DNA of 64,000 bases from Haliotis rufescens (lineage: Eukaryota): positions 85,064,001 through 85,128,000 of the forward strand of contig NW_025963779.1 in assembly GCF_023055435.1 (NCBI RefSeq). Direction: 5' to 3'. The translations under genes were made by a program, and so were the position numbers. The notes under the pieces were generated by a model. It was not told the DNA's origin. It worked only from the letters and a program-made list of their open reading frames with translations, and searched no databases. This document shows, piece by piece, positions 1-12,400 of this stretch (position 1 is its first letter; the number at the start of each line of letters is the position of its first letter).

Positions 1-247
1 GGCGTTAAACCCAATTCACTCACTCACTCACTCACTCACTCACTCATATCATCACAGATGTTTTAGTGAAACTAAGGAGCTGACAAACCAAGAAACATAA
101 TTAGGACAAATCCGGGAATTGACCTAATCACAACTCCGCACAGTGAATTTGCACAACCTCAGACATTAGGATGGCACGTGGCAGCACTTCCTCCTCTACC
201 CAAGATTATGATAATAATCTAATGTGCCTGTAGCTGAAGATACTCAC

Positions 248-3200
248 GCCAGGGATGGTGAAGAGCTGTGACCCCATGATATCAAACACATCGACGGCTC
301 CACAGCTCCGCGAGCAGGCCAGCATGGTGTTGTCCGGGCTCCATACCACACAACGCCACTGAGGGCACGGGTCACGAGGGAAGGAGCCCCGCCCCACTGT
401 GGACTCATAACCATCTCGGTGCGATCTGACAACAGAAGACGGTTGTCATGACGACCGATCATGTAAAAAATCCTCCTCCAAAGCATGTTTGGTCAAATCA
501 ACAGAAACATAACCATGATGACAGTTCTCCTATGCAGTACCGTAGAGGCAAAGTACAAATGTTACAATATCATAGAGTAAAATCAGCTAACAATCTTTAG
601 ACAAAAAGCTCTTCTGATGGAGTACAGATACCAGCTAGATTAAAATAATTTCTGAACAAATTTTGAAAATAGATACTAGTACCAAAATCCAGCAAGTTTT
701 GACAAACCACACACAAGATTAATGTTAATATCATCAGCGTTAATGATTCATTGAATAAACATCCCATGTTGTCAATGTTTGTCAGTGTTCATCACAGTGT
801 CATGTCAATGTTTGTCAGTGTTAACCACAGTGTCACGTCAATGTTTGTCAGTGTTAACCACAGTGTCATGTCAATGTTTGTCAGTGTTAACCACAGTGTC
901 ATGTCAATGTTTGTCAGTGTTAACCACAGTGTCATGTTAATGTTTGTCAGTGTTAACCAGTGTCACGTCAATGTTTGTCAGTGTTAACCACAGTGTCATG
1001 TCAATGTTTGTCAGTGTTAACCACAGTGTCATGTCAATGTTTGTCAGTGTTAACCACAGTGTCATGTCAATGTTTGTCAGTGTTAACCACAGTGTCATGT
1101 TAATGTTTGTCAGTGTTAACCACAGTGTCACGTCAATGTTTGTCAGTGTTAACCACAGTGTCATGTCAATGTTTGTCAGTGTTAACCACAGTGTCATGTC
1201 AATGTTTGTCAGTGTTAACCACAGTGTCATGTTAATGTTTGTCAGTGTTAACCTCAGTGTCATGTCAATGTTTGTCAGTGTTAACAAGAGTGTCATTTCA
1301 ATGTTTGTCAGGGTTAACCACAGTGTCATGTCAATGTTTGCCAGTGTCAACCAGAGTGTCATTTCAATGTTTGACAGTGTTAACCACAGTGTCATGTCAA
1401 TGTTTGTCAGTGTCAACCAGAGTGTCATTTCAATGTTTGTCAGTGTTAACCACAATATCATGTCAATGTTTGTCAGTGTTAACCACAGTGTCATGTCAAT
1501 GTTTGTCAGTGTCAACCACAGTGTCATTTCAATGTTTGTCAGTGTTAACCACAGTGTCATGTCAATGTTTGTCAGGGTTAACCACAGTGTCATGTCAATG
1601 TTTGTCAGTGTCAACCAGAGTGTCATTTCAATGTTTGTCAGTGTTAACCACAATATCATGTTCGTGTTTCTATGTAGTTTGCCAATTGGAGTGTAAGAGC
1701 TGGTTTCAATGAGGCTGCACAGTTACCAATAGGACCTCTATGTCACTGTGCTCATAATGTGTGTTGCGACTGTCCAACCCACCTGATATCTACACACTGC
1801 TCCTGGAGGATGGCAACCACCTTCCCTTCTCTGGAACACATAAGGTACACACATAACAACAAGGGACAATCTTTGAGAAACAAGATAAAAAGGTTTGTGA
1901 GTGAGTTTGGTTTAAATTAGCTTTGAACAGTATTTCAGTTACAACACGGTGTGTCAGCCTGATATTGGAGGAAAGCCCGAAGTGATGCTGACAAATACAA
2001 TAAGAGTGAATCATGGATTTGAACCCACGATCACAGGTTTCTGGCAGGTCTAAGGGACACAACTCTGCACAGCGAATTGCGTTGCCTTACACAACTGGGC
2101 CACCCATGGCCGCAGATAAAACACAGACACGGTGACTGTGACATGGAAACCACAACAAACTTCAAGAAGGATGAGATATTTTAGCCTATTAATGAAATAT
2201 CAAGCAATCACCTAAACAGTTATACATTATTAAAGACAGTTTGTCAGTGTTTATGTCACTGTTTGCTGATAAAAACATCAGTATTTCCCCTGCTTCCTCA
2301 CTGAGGGCTCACTCCTATCGTTTAAAATTACCCTTATGATGCATTAAAATAATTAAAGTTAATGATAGTTTGATTCTATATAATATTAAAGATCCCAAAA
2401 TAACTTGAACAAGGTCACGATGACCTGTATGTTTCCATGGCGACCTACCCTCCGACAGCAATGTGCCAGTTTATCTGACTGTTGACCAGCTTCACCAGGG
2501 CTTCGGGCAACAAACATGGAGTCGCTGTCCTGGAGGGGGCAGACAGAAAATGATGAACATGTTTATTATCAAATTTTAACATTTTTTTCCATTCTGATCG
2601 TCAGGACACAGTCACATGCAACTATTACTACAGAAACACATACTGATTCCAGCCCAGGGCCTACAAAATTATGATATATAATTTATATTGCTTAAAATAG
2701 CATGGGAATCCCCAGTGGTATTCCCCACTGCTCAGCCAATCAGATTGCTGTGTATCATCATGATCTTGGAGACGCCTACTAACATTCCAGGCAACTCAGA
2801 AATATGATGGGTGTTAATTCGTAATATGAAAGGGAAATATTGAACACGTCGGTGTTTGTTAACTATGTTAGTAAACAAATAATGACAATTCTAGGTCAAT
2901 ACCTGTTCTTGTTGTATTCACAAAAATAGTCATTGACCTCTATCATGTGTATACACTATTTTTGTATCTATCAAGGCAGCTTTAAATAACCTCCACCCAA
3001 ATATCTAAAAAAATTAAAAATCAAACTGCCGACTTGGCGCTTTAACTGTTCTGACACAAGGGTCCAACAGTCACAGTGTCCAAAACAAATGTGTATCATG
3101 TTTCAATATAAGTCCAAGTCCACTGCCCAGTATATGGAGGTGCCACATTAACTATGTCCTTAATCCACAGTTTACTGTTTGACATGATACAGAAAAAAGC

Positions 3201-6200
3201 TTCAGCTGCAGATTGCCAGATAAACCTGGGCACGGTGCCAAATGGCTTTTGTTCATTCCTCATCAACAGACCAGGAATGTGAAAATAGAACCACCTCCCT
3301 GCTGCATGCAACACAGTATCTGGTTACCATGGTTACACTTGTTGTAGATGCAGAGAGCTAGTAACTCCCTGTACACAGTGGTAGGGAATCACAACATTCG
3401 GATCACATCAGCCATTTACCAGGATTTGATTTTTTGAATTTGTAGATTCAAATAATACCAATCCATACTAGTCCACTTTTGATACAGATATTTTATCTTT
3501 CCCTGATACACAAAACAGATTCTCACAATATGCCAAGTGTATATTCAAATAGAATGACATATCTCATAATCCCTATCAAAAGCTGAGTAGGATATACCCG
3601 ATAATTAATATCTCACAGAATCAGTGTTCCATTATCATGATAATATACACGAGCTTCCCTTCAGTTTATAAATTGTGTCATTAATTATATCCTGTTGATG
3701 TCTAAACATACAAATAACCATGAAACTATCGAGATGTACATGAATCATACTCAGATATACTTTCATAGCTATTACCAGTGATTTTCTCTACGTGTTACAG
3801 TATCAGACAAAGACATAACCATGGTAACAGTAAAAATGTGTCATAAGCATGATCAGTGTAGATTTGTAGTACGCAGGATATGGAAAGCATAATCAATATT
3901 ATCACAACTTACTGTAGAGGAACCCCGACTGTCCTTAGAAACGTCCACACAGATCCTAAAAAACACACAAAATATAGCCATTGACTAACTTAAAATATAC
4001 ATTTAAATATTATATAACTATAAATTCACAATGCATAAACATTAAATAGAGAATCTCACCCGAGTGTCTTTTGATATCAAATATATCAACACGAGTTGAT
4101 AAAAGTGGAAAAATTCCAAGGCTTGCCGAGGATTTTTGCCACTTTTATCAACGAGTGTTGATATATTTGATATCAAAAGACACGAGGGTGAGATTTTATT
4201 TATCACCCAACATCATTCTTTCAACTTTTTCAATTTGTAGACAGTAATTAGCAGTGTCTTCAGTGTAAAAAGTACTGCAAACAGCTTCAGTAGCAGAGCC
4301 ATTAGTGATGTCATTTGATTGTGACGTCATGGTAACCAGTGACGTCACAATGGTCTGCAAAGCATTGTGATGTAATTTCATTGCAGCGATATCGCTTGAT
4401 ATCATCCAAGCGATATCTCCTGTGGGAGCCAGTTTTGGATGATAAATAACTATAAATGCACAATACATAACCATTACATCACTACAAACACCCAATACAT
4501 AACCATTCAACAACTATCATGACTATAGATAGACAGTATTAACCATTACAAGCGTACACATGATACATGTATGGTTCTCTAGTCATGTCTGTAGCTTCCT
4601 GCATGTACATTATATAATCCTGATAGTGATACAGAATGCACTTCCATAATTACATTGACAGTTCAACACTTCAAAGTCCTGCGAACCAATAAGAGAAATT
4701 AATCAAAATAAATTATATCCATACTTATCAGCAGAGCATCACTATTCATTGTCTAGACCATGTTGTTATCGCATGAAGAAACATTACGCCCAGACTTTGG
4801 TATATTCAGTGGGTACTTAGGTTTACTGTATTGCACAAAAACATTACAGATCAATACTACAGACTGACTAACATGATTAATAATGCAAAATACCCTAGCC
4901 TCGGTAATGTTTTTAAGGAATTTTTCCAGAGAATACTAGTGTTTCTGTTTACCGGTAATTACCAGTTTTTTACTGGTAAAATGAGGCTTGGACCAGTAAT
5001 TCATGTGACTGCCAGACCCTGTGGACCGTCACATCAAGTACCTTACAAATCTTTGTTCTTAAACAAACAATTGGCGACAATCAATAAAGTAAATTTTTTA
5101 AAGAAGTCAGTTTGTCTTTAATTATCAGGGTTTCCCGTTGTCAATTTTTAGTGCAAGGAAATTACATTATGCCTTGCTTTGAGGTTAAATATCTATTTGT
5201 AGCAACTCAGTCTTGAACCAAAGTGAAATTTTTAAAAATAAGAGAAAATTGTGATTGAACATTAAGGGAATGACATGTAGCTCTAACTTAGTTACTTTAG
5301 AGATGATGTCATTGAATTTGTCATCCATGGATGCAGGCTACATTGAACATGGTGTTGAAAGAATCAAAACCAAGTACTTTTCAAGCGATTTCTTATTTGT
5401 CCAAAGCTGAAACAAACAAAAACTGGGGAGGACTTTAGTTTTTAGAGCTGCCTGTCCACTGGGACTGGTCATTTCCAAAGCCAGCAGGAACCATTTAGAA
5501 AGTGGTCAAATGTCCGAATGTTGTCAGACTTTCATTTTTAGGGAAGCCTTGGCGGCTGAGTGAGTTAGATCGCTAGCTTTGTGTGCTGGTGATTAGGTGC
5601 CTCACTCTGGCAGTGTGGGTTTGAATCCCGGATGGGACTCAACCCAAAACAGTACTAGTATAAAGAAAATGTTATCCCAAATATAACTTTTGTTACACTG
5701 AATACAATGACACAAAATTGTAAGAAAGACCAAGAAGACATGTCAATCTGTGAATTCACTTGCTTGCCAATAATCGAAAACAAACACTTGATCTCAAAGG
5801 TCAAATATAATGAACCCATTGAGTACCATAAACTAAGTCTGACCAGAATAAATTGGTTGTTCTAGCAAGTCATGGGATACCATAAATACTTTTAAAACTA
5901 TTTTTCCACAGAGTCCTATGTTACAGAACTGCATTGTCCGGAATGAGCAACGTTCAATCTGTGGATTCAGCCTCTAAGAGTCAACAACCAATATGACAAT
6001 GCCAGTACGATTCTCACTGACGAGACATACCAGAAGTCTGTGGCAGTCAGATCTGACCAATCCATCAAGTACCCCTAACATAGGACTCTGTCAGTCCTAG
6101 TAATATGTTTATTCAAGTCATTTCAACACCAATTTGTTTGACTCCCGACTCAAATGTTATGATGGAGATAAGTCAAGCAGATAATGGTTACCCTAATAAC

Positions 6201-9013
6201 AAAGGTTAATGTCCACATTGTATATGTGGTACTAAATACAAAGTGTAGACCGAGATTTGTAAAGGGCACCAGACCATGAAGCATCATGCCTCTCTAAGAC
6301 CAGCCCGATCACAGTTGAGAGTACTGTGAGTGTTGTGAGTTGTGATTACGCCTGGTGGTCAAGTATTACACACACGTAGCAACACTGTGGTCACATGACC
6401 CATCATAGCTACCCCAGACAACAAGCAATTGGTAAAAGACTTCCCCTGCCTCAAACTGCTAACATAATGCATCCAAGTCTATTACCATGCTTACTGTGGA
6501 CTTAATCTTACAGTTTTCAGCATGTTCGGTTGTCATTGTTGACTTAATGATATTTTCCATGAGCATCCAACATATCTAACAACAAAGGGGAAATGAGAAA
6601 GCTTCTTGATGACAATTTCCTCAATGCATTAAAGTTGATGCTTGTAAACAATCCAACTTACTTAGAGAGGCTGATGCTAATCGTCCAACAATAGAAACCT
6701 TGTCTTTGTCCCTTGGACTTCTGGTCTGGAAATGTAACAATGCAACAATAGGTCAGCATGGTTAGTAACACTGTCACTGACATCATCAGCTGATGACTCT
6801 TATTGGCATGGTTAGCAATGGTTAGCAATGGTTAGTACATGTAGTATGGTTCAAAAAGAGCATCAACTAAATACCTGGTATAAAAAAAACCAGGTTGAAA
6901 CAACACATCCAAAGTTCACAACCATTGCAATTGTGCACATAGAACTATATACCGTATTCGACGTAATACGCGCCCAGGGCGCTCTCAAAATTAGAAATAA
7001 GGGGCTCTTATTAGAATGGTATTTTGGTGGAAAAAAAGAAAACAGAGTTGAAAGATAAATTTCGTGGTTTATGCTTACAGCCTGAAAATGTTTGTATACG
7101 ACAGATATATTTTTTCAGAATTTAATTGCCCATAATTAAGGGTGCATATAACACACGAGTGCGTATTATACACGAATAAATAAGTCTTGTGTACATCAAT
7201 CAGAAGGGGTGCTAATTGGGATTGTTCATGAGCCAATATATTAACAAATATCGCCGTGGGCGCTTATTAGAGCGGGGCGCTTATTACGTCGAATACGGTA
7301 TGTATGTTTCATGTGTGATAACACAAACCTGAGATAAGAAAAAAAAAACCACCACTGAACATGCTGAAATCAAACAATATATTTGAGAGCCTGACAGTTG
7401 AAAAGTTAATGATAAGCATCAGTGGTGCATAATCATGCCTATATACTTAATTAGAAATATTTACCATTGTTCACAAGTCAAGTTACATGCAGACCTAACA
7501 TCCAGAGTATTTAGATTTGTACATCATAACTATTGTTAACATTAACATGATAAAACATACCAATATTAGATACTGATCATTTTACTTCTTCTGCTTGTTG
7601 ATGAAATGAATATACATTCAGAAACTCATCTAAACAGATATTCTAGCAAGAAAATATGAAATTGAAAAAGTATGTGCCATTTCTTAAAGGACACATTTGG
7701 GGGATTCTGAAAATATCCATTTAAACTTAAAGATGAATTCCTCTCTCTCTCTCTGATATGATGAATATGAAAGAGAGAGAGCAATACTTCCTGACCTAGC
7801 AATACTCTGTAACTGTAAACATGGTAAAATATTGTGGAATAATGTTTACTTCAAGCCTGTGTCTATTTGCTTGTTGTTAACACTGCAGTCAGCAATATTA
7901 CAGCTATTTCCGCTGCACAAGTCTGGACCAGACAAACCATGCCATAACTGAAATTTTGCACAACATTCCACACCTTTGGGGAATGAAAAATTGAATCAAC
8001 AGCAATAACAATCTGTATTGAATTGATTTGAATTACGTGAGATGTAAACATACATATGATAAGCATAAATAAGATAGATCAACAATAAAATGAAAATTGA
8101 AATCTTGTGTTTTACCTTAGAAAATCGAATTCCTGGCAATCCAGTTATAACAGATGACAGTGAATGAATTGATTTCACATACTTTGAGCTCATTGTTTTC
8201 ACTAAAATCTATACTAGACATGAAAAAATCACTCTCATAATAGCTCATTTTAAAATTCCACAGTACGCCCATGCTTGGTAATGGCAACACGTGTGGCTGT
8301 ATGCCAGAGTCGTAGTAAGCTATTATCACTGTTAAGAGGTCGGTTCAAGCTCTTACAATATGTAATTATTGACCTTTGGCTTGGATGAGGAAGGAAGGAA
8401 GGTTGATACATGTGACTGCTGAAGCGGGGCACTTGATACAATTATACTGATAGGCAAAATGCCAACAATGTGACATGTACTGATATCAACTCGACTCAAG
8501 ATAAACTATGTGAACATTATCACTGCAGGTTAGTACACTCTCGCATAATCATAACACCTGTTATCAGTTCGCAAATTGTAATCCGTGAAGTAGTGTGAAG
8601 CTTAACAAACGTAAAAAACTTCTGTGACCCGTTAACAGGTGTCAATGACGAAGCAATAAAGTGCAATCAATAATAATTTGGTGTCATAAGACATTCTTTT
8701 CCTGTAATATGAAATTTAAACTTGCCAAATTATGTTAGACATGAGACATGAGTAGATAGAAGATGCAAAATGCAAGAAGATGTGTTCGGGAGAGGTGAAC
8801 TGTGTTTTTTGAGAACACGAGATGATGGTCCGACACTTTGTGATGATATTATTGCGAAGAGCGGTTTCGTTGGATTTAAAATCATATTGCATGAATGTAA
8901 TGGAATGTTGAACGTACAAATAGTTCGTTGTCAAGGCGCCATTCAGTCTGAACAGACAAATCATATAAAATATTCTCTTCTGCTGCATCCACGTCGTCTA
9001 ATTCTGCCGCCAT
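248..9013 (-). CDS. NBAS: NBAS (neuroblastoma-amplified sequence, NRZ tethering complex subunit), 5' coding exons 1-6; gene continues beyond the window start
   Basis: Exons (minus): 9013-8918, 6725-6662, 3955-3913, 2529-2449, 1830-1783, 425-248. All are GT-AG and phase-compatible. Spliced translation MAAELDDVDAAEENILYDLSVQTEW...PCLLPEALVKLVNSQINWHIAVGGEGKVVAILQEQCVDIRSHRDGYESTVGRGSFPRDPCPQWRCVVWSPDNTMLA...VFDIMGSQLFTIPG matches the remembered human NBAS N-terminus (ETILYDLLVNTEW, LLPDGLVRLVNKQINWHL, DQCVEIRS, DPKPQWRRVAWS, VFDLMGSELF). Confidence 0.93.
767..1660. repeat. 33-bp minisatellite (GTCAATGTTTGTCAGTGTTAACCACAGTGTCAT)n in an NBAS intron
   Basis: About 27 tandem copies. The 33-bp period explains the repetitive ORFs on both strands. 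Confidence 0.97.
1895..2110 (-). mobile_element. tRNA-derived SINE (V-domain-like family), decayed copy
   Basis: Shares blocks with 29965-30209 (ggaaagcccgaagtgatgc, aagggac-caactctgcacagc, actgggccacccatg) and has a (CACT)n tail. Confidence 0.75.
4047..4449 (+). mobile_element. Non-autonomous DNA element with a long terminal hairpin (family A)
   Basis: Imperfect palindrome at 4052-4195, inverted repeat tttatcacccaa...ttggatgataaa, and a reverse-complement copy at 18688-19467. Confidence 0.8.
5545..5705 (+). mobile_element. tRNA-derived SINE with a long-variable-arm (Ser/Leu-like) head
   Basis: A-box-like tggcggctgagtg and B-box ggtttgaatcc. Reverse-complement copy at about 61415-61590. Confidence 0.7.
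5909..6090. mobile_element. MITE with 15-bp TIR CAGAGTCCTATGTTA (possibly P-type)
   Basis: Perfect 15-bp TIRs. No clear target duplication seen. Confidence 0.5.
6952..7298. mobile_element. Tc1/mariner-pogo type MITE
   Basis: TIR CCGTATTCGACGTAATA...TATTACGTCGAATACGG flanked by TA on both sides. Confidence 0.85.
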
Positions 9014-9489
9014 GTTTAAAATCCTCACAAAGTGTTTACTGTATAAATTACACAATACATCGTTAATACCATCCCTAATCCAAACTTATATATGAAATAT
9101 ATTTTTTTAATCTTAACGAAATTAATTTTGAGCATTACAGCATTAGATAGAGTCCTGATCATGACATACAGTAAAAGTGATATCTGTTAGAGGCTAAAGC
9201 TATGGCGTCTGCTATTATATATGTGGAGGAAACAGGCTGTAAGTTACGAGAGATATATACATGTTTGATTAGTTGAAACTCCAAATAAGAGATAAAATAT
9301 ACAAACACTGTGATATAAATATAAATTATAACTTTTTTATTTATTTTTTATTTATAGTACATATATCGTGTCGATATCTCAAACCAAATCCCCCTTTCAA
9401 CAAATGAACCAATCCGGGGAAATCCCAAACAAGGTGCACATTTCAATCAATCTGTAGCGGGATTTCCTTGTCATTGTGGGTTAATCTAG
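9014..9489. promoter_or_regulatory. Bidirectional promoter region between NBAS and PPCDC
   Basis: The divergent ATGs are only 476 bp apart. CCAAT near 9409; kappaB-like GGGGAAATCCC (9416-9426) and GGGATTTCC (9459-9467). Confidence 0.7.
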
Positions 9490-12400
9490 ATGGGTGAAAG
9501 CAACGTACTGGTTGCCTGTACAGGTAGCGTAGCATCTATCAAGATACCAAAACTGATAGAACACTTAACAAATTCACATACGAAGGTACGTGTTTTCTTT
9601 TTTTAATCATTTAAGGTCACATCTATTCATAACCTGCAACTTTTACAATGTGGACTATTTGCTATTTTATTGATATTATCATTAAATATATTTCATGAAT
9701 GTAAATCAAATCATACTCTAAGGTTTTATTAATAATATAAAAAAATATACTTGTATCCTTACTAGATTATGTGCATGATTATGTGTATGAATCCATTTTG
9801 ATAGCTATTTTTTTTCTGCAAAGCTATTGGATTTTGGTCTTTTTGATCTGGTTATATATGGATATTATTATTTTTTTAATATGAGCAAATTCAGATAATA
9901 ATTGTATTCTTTTTTTTAATACATCATATTTTGCAAACTTTGTGGTAATAGATCCACTTTTTGGAACTAAATAAGCCTACTAATGTTTTGTTCTACCCTA
10001 GATAGAAGTCAAGTTAGTGACGACACAGAATGCCACACATTTCTTCAACCCAGAGGAGTTGCCAGTTAAAGTTCACAAAGATGCTGAGGAATGGGAGGTA
10101 TACAAACCTAAAAATTACATAACATTTTGTAGCTGAATGGTGTTTGCAAGACTGTTTGTTATTTTTTTGCATAGGTGTATATCATGTTATATTTGTCACC
10201 AGGGTCATGAGCCATTTTTAAATTATATTATTCTTTCTTCAGAATCTTATGCTCCCATTTCTTTATAAGGAACTGTGTACCATATATAAGGGATTAATTA
10301 CCTAAAAATAACTCTCTTCTCTCAATCATAACTAGTAAATGATATTCAAAAGTTGACGAAATATTAACATCTGCAACGAGAAAATAGAAAATATTCTCTT
10401 TGAAAGTAAAACAATTCAAATGGTCGACTTTATTTTGGTCAAAGTACAATCTCATTGTAATCAGATCTTTGTTCTCACTACCACCAAACAAACTCATGCA
10501 GTATAGCTTGAGAAAGCTGGTGTCTGATTGGCTCCCGACTTCTTGTTAGTCATTTCATTGGTAGGTCAAAGTTCTCAAAAGGTCGTTATGTCATGACCTG
10601 TAACAGAATGTCCTCAGATTTTTGTTTAGCGGTAACAAGAACTAAATAAGAAATTTCTCGAATCATGAGGACATACATATATGATTCAAATCCAAATAAG
10701 ATTGACTGTTTCTTACATAACTATTCTTAAAACAAGTATCTAATAATAATACTCGGTTTGATATTAGCAGAGTTTCAAATTTCTTTTACTATATCAACTG
10801 TCTTCTATTGTTTCATGTTCCAGAGTTGGAAAAAAATAGGGGACCCAGTGCTTCACATTGAGCTGAGGAGATGGGCAGATTTAATGGTCATAGCACCTCT
10901 GGATGCCAACACCATGGCGAAGATTACAAATGGCATCTGTGACAACTTGTTGGTAAGTTGATTTTTTGCTTATTATCAGTGATTAAAGTAGTGCCTGCCA
11001 GACAGTTCGAGACGGTCTGTTTTGCTGATGGACGGTCAGTTTTGAAAAGTTGCACACTTGATTGTCAGGTTATTATTGTATTTCGTAAATTACCTAAATT
11101 ATAATTTAATGGAAGAGGTAAATTAACTGTAAATGTTAAACATATTATTTATGAATAAAATTTCAAAAAGTTAAATTTACTAAGTTGATAATCCACCAGG
11201 TTGTTGTTGTTTTTCTAAAGACTAACATTAAACAGTACTATTCTTATGTGTACCCTATTCTTTCCTTTTACACTTGTCTTGAAAATTCTGGGCTGGCAAC
11301 ATTTTATCTGGTCTGGTGACTTTGCAAAGTTGCCAGCCCAGTTGTCTGACTGAAATTTTAGGGTATTTTGAACACTTATTATATAAGAACAATTGCAATA
11401 CAAAGAAATAGAAAATGTACTCCATGAAAGTGTACCATTCCCAAATGTTAACCCCCAGGAATATAATGACATAGTTCAAACTTTACAAAAATTTTAACGC
11501 CCTATGTCACATACCGGTACTCACTCAATAAGAGTTGTCTTGCATTTCAGAATAATGTCATCTGTTACAGTCAGTAGGTAGCAAAGTAAAGATTTCTTAT
11601 ATGTACAATTAATCACTGAGGAAATAATAATGTAGGGACTTCGGGTTAGAGTAGGGCCACAGAAACCTTTATCCTTGTCTTGAGAAGCGACTTAATGGAT
11701 CTGGAGGTCGGATTCTCAGACTTGGTTGATTGCAAGTCATCGGACTTAAAGACAAATACATTGCTTATAATACCAGTCACTGGTTTGTCTGGTCCAGACT
11801 CAGTTATCCACAAGCCACCGTATTGTATCTGGTATACTGCTGAGTCCATTAATATACAAGCAAACAATATAAAAAAAATAATTAAAAAATGATGAAAACA
11901 CATCAGTATTATATATAGTGTTTAATTAACCTTTCTCATGTGGTATGATGTTGGTAATGAATGAATGTGTGTGTAACAAACAAGGTCAGGTTATATATGT
12001 TCATGATTAAATTGTTAACAAATATATAGAGGTTATCACGCGAGTGTGTTTGGGGATGGTAAATATCCTGCATTAGGAATAAACATTGTATTTAGCGAGC
12101 CTTGGCGAGCTAAATACATAGTGTTTATTCCTAATACAGGATATTTACCATCCCCAAACACACAAGCGTGATAACCTCTTTATCCTATAATGTCATGCTT
12201 TAATTCTGTGCTTTAAAATCCCTATCCCTCTCTCACAAACATTACCGAAACATTGCGAGTTTTCCTGGAATGCGCGCATTAATATTTATTACGTCACAGG
12301 GTAAGTGATGTGTCAGTCGGACAGTGACAGTAGCCAATATAGTTCCAACTGAAATCTGTTTCTTATACAGTGGCGAAGCAACATATACGCAAAACAACAG

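Noticed and set aside
751-1712. Repetitive ORFs of 157-250 aa on both strands
   Set aside because: They are translations of a 33-bp minisatellite inside an NBAS intron.
8716-9066. ORFs 8716-8988 and 8770-9066
   Set aside because: Wrong frame or strand; the real coding segment is NBAS exon 1 (9013-8918).
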